Source: Nemertoderma westbladi | Lineage: Eukaryota; Animalia; Xenacoelomorpha | Assembly: GCA_032718475.1 (NCBI GenBank) | Contig: JAUCBJ010008367.1 | Coordinates: forward strand, 43,201-107,200 | Reading direction: 5' to 3' | Length of the DNA: 64,000 nucleotides | Part shown: in pieces, positions 1-11,600 of the stretch | Numbering within the stretch: position 1 is the stretch's first letter | Layout: each line of letters opens with the position of its first letter | Translations under genes and position numbers: made by a program | The notes under the pieces: model-generated | Seen by the model: the letters and a program-made list of their open reading frames with translations, nothing else | Told to the model about the DNA's origin: nothing | Databases searched by the model: none

Positions 1-1
1 T

Positions 2-3000
2 AATAGTGAAGGAACCAAGCTTGTGTTGGACGCAATCGATGTGGATATGAGAGCTGCGAACCAAGCTAGATTTGATGAACGCCTCCGCATCACTAGAGTC
101 CAAGAAGAACAAGTGAAGAAAAAACGTATAGAAGACAGAAAGACAGCGGCAGTGGCAGCAGCAGTGGCAGCGGCAGAAGCAGAAAGAAAAGCGGCAGTGG
201 CAGCGGCAGAGGCAGAGGCAGAAGCGGAAAGAAAAGTGGCAGCGGCAGCAGCCGAAGCGGAAAGAAAGGCGGCAGTGGCAGCGGCAGAGGCAGTAGCAGA
301 AGCGCGGAGAGCTTCTGAAGAAACCACCCAATTAGAATTGGAAAACATTCAGGAGAATCAAGACTGCATAAATAAACAATTAACAGCTAGTAATATGCAG
401 ATGATGAGTCGATCTACTCCCAAAAGACAGGGATATACATCATCTGAGGAAGGCGATACCACCGATACTGAAGGCGGAGGAAATAGATCTCGTCTAAGCA
501 GACGTAGAAGAATGTCCCACCGTCAGAAATTGCCTGATTTGCCCCCAGCTGTTAGAAGGCAACTAACTAACACAAATTTAGGTAGTACAGAACCCACAGA
601 CCAAATAATTAAAATAGAAAGACTCCCTACTATAATAGATGAGCCTGAAATAATTAGGCCTGTTCCCGAAGCCACCCCTTCGGTGGTAGAGACACCTGTA
701 CTCCCTGAACCTACCTCTAAATTCCCTCTGCACAGCACTAAGCTATCTGTGCCCCACAGAACCACCCTTGAAAATGTTCATGTCCTGGACTCCGAGCGAA
801 ATATTAATGATTTGTCGCCCGTTGTCCCTCGTCCGCCCGCTACAACGTTGGCGGCTCCCGCTTCGGCGGTCGAGTGGGTGGATGAGAGACGACGGGGGAT
901 GGATCTTCTGCTCGGGCAAATGCAGGAGACTGTTCAGCAATTCAAGGGCACAGTAAGGGAAAGTAGGTTAGAGTTGCAAGAAGTGCAGCAAAGTATTGCG
1001 TTAGAACGCGATAAATTAGTAAATACACAAAGAGGTATACCACCACCCCCTGTAACAATGTGTCAACCTGTTAGGTCTGAAGTATCTCATGCGCAAGGTG
1101 TGGAGCCTACACGCATATATACTGCTAGCGAAGTAGAAACTCCTATAGTGAACCCTATTAAGGGTAATTATAGACCTGTTGATAATGATATTCCCTATAG
1201 ACCTGATCATAATCCGAGAAATTTATATACCGATAACTCGATATTAAATAACACGATGGCCCAAGAAAGTTTTACGCGTCAAATGGCTAGAACCGAAGCC
1301 CGTCAAGCGGTAAAGGTGGGAGAGATAGTCAAGTTCAATGGAGATGAGATGAAATGGTTACCTTTTAATGAATATTATAAAGATAACATACAGAACTCTG
1401 TACTATCTAATGGAGAGAAACTTAGATTCCTCATCGAGTGCTTGGAAGGATCTCCCAAGTTAATGGCGTTAAAGTTTATTGGACATCCAGACGGATTAAG
1501 ACAAGTTTGGGATACACTAAACATCAGGTATGGTAATAGGAATAACATACCTAAATATTTGTATGCAAAATTAGTAGCGCCCCGAAAGTTCATTAGCAGC
1601 GGGATAATAGAGTTTTCCGATGAGATTCAAGAGATCTGTAGACAATTAGATTGGTTAGGTAAGTCTCATGAATATCAGAGTTCTATGGTTATTGGAGCCG
1701 TGGCTTCTACTTTACCGAAGGGTGGAGTAGGTACACGCTGGGATAAGAAAGTGTTATATATGATGGAACAACAACGACGAGACCCTACCATGGCTGATCT
1801 TATGTCATTCTTAGATGGAGAAGTGAAATTACAGCTCCTAAAACAGTCCAGAGAGAAGACACCGGAAAACAAGGTAAGTGAGAAACCCGTTTCTAGGAGA
1901 AAGGTAACACCAGTGTGTTATACAGACGACGGCGAAAGCCAGACTTCTCAAGGAGAGGATAGCGGGAAAGACACTGAAAGATCTTATTATGTCAATAAAA
2001 TGCCTAAAGAACAGGTAAGTAAATTCAAGTCTCGAACCAATGACAGGAGAGAACAGGTAAGAAAAACTCCTCCTACGTCTCCTAAGAGAATTCAGGTGAG
2101 AAAGCCCGAAGAAAGAATGAGTGTGCACAATGTTATTCAAAATAAGGTAAGTAACATCAAACCGAAATGTGCGCTATGTGATGGGACCCACCGTTTGAAT
2201 ATGTGTGATGAATTCCTGAAGAAATCATTAACGGAGAGACGGGAAGTCATGTGGGATAAGCGGTTGTGTTATAATTGCCTCAGACAAGGACACCAACGGC
2301 GAACCTGTTACTCCGACACAAGGTGTGCAAAGTGCGGTGCGAAACATCATATCTTGTTGCACACTGAATTTGAGCGAAACAGCCAGAGTCAGGTAAGTGA
2401 TTCCGAACTACATGTCCAATTCAGTGATGTGAACGACACTGACCAAAGTTCTGAGATGGAAGGATTCTATACAGATGAATTCTCCGACGAAGATGAATCC
2501 TGTTACATGATAAATACCGCAGTGTATCGAGCACTTACGTATGAAAAAGACACAGACAGCGACCTCACCCTAACTACTTCTGATCGACAACCATCTTGGA
2601 AAGCGCCACCTTCCAATGTAGGAATCCGAGAATTTCCTGTAGTACAGGTAAGGGTCCACGGACCTAAAAGGAGTTATGTAGTGAACGCCCTCCTTGACTC
2701 CGGTAGTACAGGAACATTCATCGACAAAGAACTAGCCGAAGACATCTTTGCTGGACAACCCTGCCGAACTAAGCTAAACATGTCAGGAATTATGCAGGTT
2801 TGGAAATCTACAGTAATAGCGGATTATTATGTAGGTGCGTTGTCCACCCCCCAGGATGAACTAGGAGAACATAGTATAAGGTCAGTAAAAATGGTGGCGA
2901 TAAAGAACTTCGCTACCACCCAAGTGGAACCTTATAATTGGGATGAGGACGATTTCACCCAGCAGCTTGAAATACCTAGATTCAACACCGATTACCCTGG

Positions 3001-6000
3001 AGTGCAAATACTCATCGGTCAAAACGCGCATGAAGCGCTCGAGACATTGGAGAAACGGCCTGCTCAACCGCAACCACTACAAGCTTATGCGGGAAGAACT
3101 AGAGTGGGTTGGTACTTTACTGGCCCTTCCCGTAGAACTCTCATGGAAAGATTACCGAAAGACCAGGTATATCAAGTAAGAGAATGGGAAGTCGAGGGCA
3201 GTGAGTTAGACGATCCAACTGAGGGAACACCATACTCCTCAGATAATGACGATGTCCACCAACTTTTCGACGAGGAGAATACCATCGATCTCCTTAAGGA
3301 AAACGAGACTTGGCAAAACCAAGTGAACTTATGTCAGCTCCTTCTTCCATCAGAACGAGACGACTATAACGACGAGCTTAATGACGTCATTGAACGTTAT
3401 AATGCCAAGACTCGGGATGAACACGCCGTACGATTCTTTACTCAAGAGGCTGTAGAGCCCAATTCCTACGATAAGGCCCTATCGTTAGAGGAAGAAAGAG
3501 CCAAGCAGATCCAAGAGACAACTACACGTTTTCTTAAAGATCAAGGTAGATATGAGATCAGTCTACCTTTCCGAAAGCGAGAACCAAAGTTCGTAAACAA
3601 CAGACCCTTGGCGGAGAAAAGAATTGCTCAACTACATCGACGCCTTACGGCAAATTCTTCAGCTAAAGAAATGTATCAAACGCAGTTGAAGAAATTTATT
3701 AGCAAGGGATATGCGGAGCTAGTACCGGAAGAAACACCTATAACTGAGAGAACGTATTATTTAACTCACCATTACGTTCCCAAACCCGGTAAACCCCATG
3801 AGGTACGAGTGGTGTTTGACGGCTCCGCCCTCTATATGGGCCAATCCCTTAATTCCAAATTGTTACCCGGACCCAACTTACTCCAATCCTTGTTGGGAAT
3901 ACTCTTAAGATTAAGACAATATTCAATTGCTTTCGCCTCAGATATAGAAGGCATGTTCTTACAAGTCAAGGCGCTGGATAGGGATCGAGATAGCCAACGA
4001 TTTCTGTGGTGGCCTGAAGGAGACCTCAACCAGAAACCGGTGGAGTACTGGATGACCATCCAGGCTTTTGGGATAATCTCAAGCCCTTCAAACGCCTGTT
4101 CAGTGGTGCGCACCACTGCGGATGACAACCGAGACGCCTTCTCTAAAGAGGTGATTGACAACATCAAGCGGGATATATACATGGACGACAATCTAAAGTC
4201 CCTTCCATCAGTCGAAGAAGCCATCGATGTCGCTAAAGGAACGGTAGAGTGCTTAAAAAGAGGTGGATTTCGATTAACTAAATTCACCAGCAACTCCCGT
4301 GAGTTTCTGGAGTCGATCCCGGTAGAAGATCGAGGAGCGAAAGACCTGGATCTAATAAAAGATGATCTCCCAGAAACTAAGACCCTTGGTTTGAAATGGG
4401 ACACAGAAAGAGATATCCTGTTTTTCCAACTAAAACAGCGAGATAATCCAGTTCGGACTAAATGGATTTGTTTAAGTATCCTGAGCACTTATTTCGATCC
4501 ATTGGGATTTATTAGCCCAGTTATATTGATTGCTCGGAGTTTAGTACAACAAATGTGGCTTGAAAACCACTCATGGGACGATCCACTTAAGGGAGAATTA
4601 TTAAAGAAGTGGATGAAATGGGAAGATTCTCTACCAGCCATCGAGAACTTTATAATTTCCCGTTCATATTTTGGTCATGTTCTCCCTACGTATTCCTATC
4701 AACTCCATGTGTTTGGAGACGCCAGCGATATGGGAATAGGTATAGTAGCCTACCTAAGGGTGGAAACTCCGGACGGAATCAAAGTCGCCTTGGTTACCTC
4801 TAAGGCATTGATAAACAATAAGTTGAAAGTTCCTCGAGCGGAGTTAAAGGCGGCTCTATACGCTACAGCCATCGGCCGGAATGTAACAGAAAAGATCGAC
4901 TATCCACTGGAGAAAACTGTCTATTGGACCGACGCTTTACTCGTGTTGGAGTATATAACCAATGAAGTCTGTCAGTTCAGCGTCTTCGTTACCAACAGAG
5001 TAGCCATTATACTCAGTCATACAATGATGGATCAATGGAGACATTGCCCCGGAACGATTAATCCAGCAGACATCGCCTCCAGGGGAGCAACTCCACAAGA
5101 ACTGGTAGACACTCCAGACTGGTTAGGTGGACCCGACTTCCTCTACAAAGAAGAAGAAGAATGGCCTCCTCATCTTACTACCACAGAGATTAGACAGGCC
5201 AAGGGAGCAGAGAAAGTCAAACGTAAAACTCGGGCGAGTAAATCGAAGTTATTCAAACCTATGGTAGATCTGTCTGTACTACATACTTCCGGAGACGACG
5301 CTTTGGATCAGAAACCCACAGCCACAAATAAGCTTGTTGTGGAAATCCGTGAGAAGGATTGGAAATCTGGAATACCAGACGTCTCGCAAGGACTCTCACC
5401 TCTTCTGCAGAGAGCGATACATCACTACAGTTCCTGGAATCGGCTCTGTAAGGCCATTACATATTTAAAGAGATGTTTTCACCATCACTACTCCGGGATG
5501 AAGACCAAAGGTGATACCGCTCCAATAACATCAGTGCAGGTCCATGTTATTAAAGATCTTCCCAAATATAAGATACCCGACAGGTTTCTGAAGGAGAAGA
5601 TCAGTTATCAGGAACATGAAGAAACCAACAAGCAGATGCTGAGACTCCTGCAATGCTATGAGGATTCCGATAAGTATTTCCTGTTGTTGAGAAATCCGCA
5701 GATACGCTTAAGGGATCGTTTCTCTAGCACAATGATAGATGGGTTGATATGTGTTGGAGGAAGATTAACGAATGCTCCATTATCCTTTGACACTAAGTTT
5801 CCCATACTCATTAGAAATCTTGAGATACCAGTCAAGATGATTGTAGATGTTCACAGCAAACTTTATCATGCTGGTAGAGAACGAGTTCTTAGCGAAATTC
5901 GAACTCGCTATTATTTTTATAAACCCCGTAGAGCTCTGAACCAAGTTCTTAGGAACTGCATACCCTGTAGGAAAGCATTCAGTAGGCCTTTAACACAGCG

Positions 6001-7063
6001 AGAGGCAGAATTACCTAGGGAACGAGTAAGCTTCTATGAACCACCCTTTACTAATACCGGTGTAGATTTATTTGGCCCTATTGAAGTATATCGTGCTAGG
6101 ACTATAGTCAAGAGATGGTGTGTCATCTTTGTTTGTATGACTTGTAGAGCTATCCATCTCGATATGGTGAACGATTTATCTACCAACAGCTTTCTATTAA
6201 GCTTACGACGACAGATCGCTCGCTTTGGCACTAGTAACACGATGAGATCTGATAAGGGAACAAACTTCATTGGTGCCAATAATGAAATCAAAGCTTACGT
6301 CAAAGATTGGAACCAAAGACAGGTGGACGATCAGCTACGAGTAACAGCGTCTAGCTGGACCTTCAACGCCGCCGACGCCCCTTGGTGGGGAGGAAGTTGG
6401 GAGAGATTAATAAGAAGTGTGAAGACCGCATTTCACTTTATAGTGCCTTGCCGCGCGTATCTCACCGACGAACTTTTGCGGACGTTAATGGAGGAAATCG
6501 CCGCCTATCTCAATGAGAGACCGCTTATGCCAGTCTCATCGAGTCCCGATTCCCTGGAAGCGCTAACACCCGCGCACTTCCTACTGAAGAAACCTGTAGC
6601 CATGCTCCCACAATCGGAAATCACAGACGGAGACGAATACTGCCGGCAAACTTGGCAACTCATGCAGTTGTTATCCCGTCGTTTCGCTGACCATTTTGAA
6701 AAACATTATCTGCCCACGCTACAACTTCGAACTAAGTGGTTTGCGCAGCAAGAAAACGTCAGCGCTGGAGACATGGTTCTTATTGTGGATGTAGATCTTC
6801 CACGTAAGCGGTGGCAGACAGGTCGTATCATCGAGACTCACATCTCGGATGATGGTTTGGTGTGATCGGTAGAACTCGTCGTCATGCGACGTAACTTCAA
6901 GAAACCGGGAATTGTCTTCGAGACACAGCAGCTCAATCGCCCAGTTGGTCGCTTATGTTTACTGGAAAGAGACAGAGAACTCTCCGGAAACTATGGGAGG
7001 CAAGATACTCTTCCCACGACCACCTCCCTAATCCAACAAACATCTAGGGACTCCCCAACTTAA
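2..7063 (+). CDS. BEL/Pao Gag-Pol polyprotein (Gag, triple Cys/His box, protease, RT, RNase H, integrase); premature TGA at 6863-6865
   Basis: Frame is open from the window start. Motifs: KFNGD..W..F (BEL gag core), CALCDGTHRLNMC/CYNCLRQGHQRRTC/CAKCGAKHHILLH, ALLDSGS, YMDD, FGDAS/WTDA/NPADIASRG, H-H-CIPC, GVDLFGP/SDKGTNF/GGSWER. Copy 2 has CGA at the 6863 stop and continues to a stop matching 7061-7063. Confidence 0.93.
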
Positions 7064-8323
7064 CAACGGCTGGAGTGGGTGTATGACTATATTTTATATT
7101 TGTTTTTATTCTTTTATATTTATGTATGTATTATTATGTAATTTTATTATAATCGTTTTCTTTAATTTTATTTAGTAGATTGTTATTTTAGCGATTATTT
7201 AGTAGATTAGTGCAATATATATTCGCCGTTTATTACTTAATTACTTACATATTATATATTTAGTGCGACGGCGAGAAATAATCCTTTTCTCCTTCCTTAC
7301 TGTCCGTATTACCTTACAAATACGTAACTACAGTAAGATGAAATGTCCGTACTTATTAAAGTACAATAAAGCTCCTACTATATTTAAGTATTATTGGTAA
7401 GCAGAGTATTAGGAATGCAAAATTCAGATCCTCGTGTCTCGGCTAAACCAAGCTCTGGGTAGACCTTGGAAACAACTTGCCTCTTCTCACTGACATTGCT
7501 TCGTGCGATATTGCTCTCATACCGTATATTAAATAATACATATAGTAGCGTGATGTCCTTTTAACAGTAGCGTACAACGCAAAATAAATCTGTTAAACTC
7601 TTTGAGCATCTGTAATTCTAGTCGATTAAGATATCGCGGCACCCACCGATATACTTGAAAGACAAAATTTTAGAATCAGTGGTTAACGTCCCCAGACAAG
7701 TTCTGGAATAAACTGGTGCCCATCCTAAATATTAATTATTAATATTTACAAAATCTGTCAAATTTTAGATCCTTTAAAATTCTAGTCGATTAAGATATCG
7801 TAGCACTTACCGATACTCTTAAAAAGACAAAATTCCTAGAATCAAGCATCCCAGTCCCCAGACACGTTCTGGAATAAAATTACGTCTATTTAACATTAAA
7901 TAATAAAATTTACGGGAATAAATTTAAATTCATATATTTCAATGAATTTAATAAATTGTCATTTTTATACAATTTATAACATTCCCAAAATTCCATTAAT
8001 TAATAGATCATGGGAGCGGAGATTCACTCTATTAAGTGTATTTGTGTGCGAGAATCTCCAATATATAGTCAATAGCCGATAAAATTCATAAAATCACGTA
8101 TAGAGAGGATATTGACCATTAAAGAATTACTATTAAATAGCATCCCAGATCTGTATGCATGAGAATTACCCTAATTCTACCGCTAGCTTTCCATAATGTC
8201 ACCATGGCAACAACCACGCTAGAATTAGAAGTGAGTTAAAAGAACAATAGAAAGCTTGCCCCATTGAATAGCATAGGGAATAAATAGCGCACTGCTAGTA
8301 TCCAAGGATACATAATAAATAAA

Positions 8324-8658
8324 GTGACATTCTGGAAGGTACTGACTAATGGACAAATGGCCCGAATGTGTACAGTTTGTGGCAGTTGTGTTGAATTTGT
8401 GCGTTCATAGGTGAATGTTACTGCTAAAGTGTGTTTACAGTAGCTAGTCGCAATTGTGAAAGTAGCCCTAACTCTCCAGAAAGAACCTGAAGTACATCTA
8501 AGCCTTTGGGACGGACAGTGGAGTGACTTGTGCCGGTTATCGTTGTCGTTGTGTAGCTACATCGTTGGCGAAAGCACAGCGACGACGGTACATCGGCGCT
8601 GAGGATCTTGCACTGTCCGGGGGCAAAAGAGGGGTAGGCAGCGACGCCCGCTAGCCTA
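8324..8658 (+). ncRNA. Structured cis-RNA (IRES-like candidate) upstream of accessory ORF, copy 1
   Basis: GC-richer island in an AT-rich spacer. Nested stems 8512-8520/8611-8619, 8530-8537/8592-8599 and 8539-8554/8574-8589; hairpin 8635-8658; stem 8324-8332/8413-8421. Differences from copy 2 within these stems keep pairing. Confidence 0.6.
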
Positions 8659-8699
8659 ATATATAAACTCATTATAATATTGATAAACTCATAGCAGAT

Positions 8700-11600
8700 A
8701 TGACTGAGTTGATAGAAGATGATCTTGGTATCAGAGAGCGATATACTCTACCTATACAAGCGTTTGTCGATAGCTTGATACGCGGCGACGCTGGTCCAAC
8801 TACTACGGAGGATGATGGTCGTTATATCGAACCGCCAATGTCCCAGGAGCAACTTACGCGTGAATTGGACTATCGAAAGTTCACCGCTCGCTATACGCAT
8901 CGTAATGGTACGTATATGGACTTCTTAACTACTGGCCATCCTATCGATTTACACGATACGGACGATGTAGATACCGAAAGGGAAATGGTTTTATTTAAAT
9001 ATCATACCCAGCGGAGTCGGAACGATAAACCGAGAATAGAACACGAGAACTCTATTCGAAACAGACTCGAAAGGGAAGACGTTGAAGAGCCAGATAAACG
9101 CAGTGACTTCAACGATTATCTGGAATTCCTGAGAGAGACATATCTCAATATTGCCAGCCAACAAAATCTCGAAACTCGATATCCTCAAGGTAAACATCAT
9201 GATCCTATGATAGAACTCAAACGACTCTATTTCACTATGATGTATCTTACCGCCGATCGACCGGTACCTGTCATCCCAGATAGCTTCGAACAGATGGAGG
9301 AATATTGTAAAACTGGAGAACGATCACCCGCGTTTCCCCTGCAGGACGTGCGTCTTTGGTATTACTGCGATGAATGCCCTAGACCCAATCAGCAAACGGA
9401 AAGACATAAACATCCGCGGAGACGTTGCGCTAAACACAGTTTTACCCGATATACTTATGGGAGTTTCGAGCGAAACCTGTTCGACGTATCCCCTACGGTC
9501 GCTCGACTCAAACGATCCTTGAATAAACCGATGATCAGAGTTCCGGAATACTCGGTCAGACCTCCTCATTCCTCAGTTAGACCTCAGACTCTTGATCCTA
9601 ATAGTATCACGGATCCTCCCGAACTGTACTCACTGTTCAAAGATCTAGTGTTACCCGAACAGTTGATCGGTGGCACTCCGGTAGTGGGCTCGCTAGATAT
9701 TCGCCAACCCTACCTAGCCGGATTAGGACGCGGTCATCTAATATCGCCGTTTAACCCATACAACCATCCCGGCTTCACCCTCGATCCAACCCGTTACGGA
9801 AGTCGAAGAGAGCGTCGTACGAAATGAGTTAGACGCTATTCAGCAGAAAATCGGAAAGGGAACTTACGATTGTTTGGAGAAACGTAAATTGCAACAACAA
9901 GTCCAAGCGGTGAAGGAATTAGCTTTACCTCAGTTCGATAGAGAAATACAAAATCTCGAGGAGGACATCGAACGTGGACGAACCTACTCTTTACAAGAGT
10001 TCCTAGATGAGCGTCTACAACAACAAGCGGAGGAAAATCAGCTCGAGGAGAGACATATAGAACTAGATGAGAGAGAAGAAGCAGCTTTAGTCCAACCCGA
10101 AGCTCAAATCCTTATGACGGATCTCTACTCTAAAACCATCCTTCATCCCTCGATGGTTCCCCATTTCGGAGACAAACTCTTTGCGACGGTACAACCCCAA
10201 CCGGTTGATATCAACCTAAGATCTCGAGATCTTATCGCTGACGCTCCCATGTTGCAGCATCCGCCCATCGAAGCCGCTCGTGTCGATGGTATACTCGTTG
10301 AACCTCCGGACAATAGAGCGGATCTTGTCCGTCGCATGGTACACGATGTTAACATACGCGCTAGACCTTTACCGGACTCGTTTTATGGGATCAAAGATCA
10401 CCCTTATTACGTCAATCTAACACAATATTACATGGTAAAACCGGAAGATCCTACACATAGTTTGAGGTTTCTACCACTAATAAATCCTCTCGATCTTGTC
10501 GAACTCGAACAACTGCAGAAACATCTGGATCAGTTAGTTAAAGTAAACTCATTTCGAAAACCATATAATGTTTCCAGAATAGAGAAAGAAACAATACCTC
10601 CGTATAATCTTGATGGATTCATCAAAACTCGTTTAGTACACTGGAATCTTGACGTGTTATTCGAGGAGGAAAGAATACAACGATATGGAGATGTGGAAAC
10701 ATATACTACGCAATATTTAAAGTATAGAGACCTACCTAATGCTAGCGAATGCGCTACCTTGTGGCATCCAGTGGGAATGACCCTCGAAAACGCCACTAAA
10801 GAGTGGAACAAGACTCTTAACGTTATCGAGATGTATGGAGTTGTCACTTACGACAACGAAGGTAGCGTTCCGGTTGGAGAACTGGGAACTACGCGGATGA
10901 TACACATACGAGGACTCACTGGTTCTACCCACGTATTTACTCGAGCGTGTTCCGATGTGATTGATTATTCTTTTGAAACTCTTACTGAGACACAAAAGAA
11001 ACTCCGACATGGACAATTCGAACTCGCGCAGCGTTACGTCATCGACACCGAGCGCAAACCGGCCATGTGTATCGATGGATCGATGTTACCCCAGCCCGTG
11101 CTCGAGATGTTGTTTAACGAAAGAATCCTTAAAATCGGCTCCACTGTTTATGGAGACCTACAAAACGACTTTCGGAATATGGAGAACATTCCATACCCTT
11201 TCGTTGATACTCAGCTGATTGCTCCCTGGGCAGAAGGCTGAGATTTCTTCCGCACTATGTATGCCAATACACCCAGCGGCATTACTAAAGTACAACGAAC
11301 CTCCATCGGACATCTTGCCTTTCAAGAATACGGATGGAATTTCAAGGTTGGAAATCCTATAAATTACCAACAAGTATATGGAGACCATTATTCTCGTTTA
11401 TACTTTGATGGACCATTGACCGCACCTGGCGCCGTGTATAGCTTTATGAGTGTTCCACTTCGTCCCTCCTTAGCTATATACACGATCTTTGAAAACGCAG
11501 CACTTGCCGGTTGGCTAGCCGATGTGTGCAGTCGTACCATACGCGCCCATCCCTTAATACTTGGAACCAAACTCGCCAAGTTAGATGAACACAATAAATT

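Noticed and set aside
3832-4488. 218-aa antisense ORF conserved in both BEL copies (also 24429-25085)
   Set aside because: It mirrors the conserved RT frame, has no recognisable motif and is explained by sense-strand constraint.
8324-8658. Group I/II intron or known ribozyme
   Set aside because: A GTGCG and a GTGAAAG are present, but no domain V, P7 core or hammerhead/HDV core could be built.
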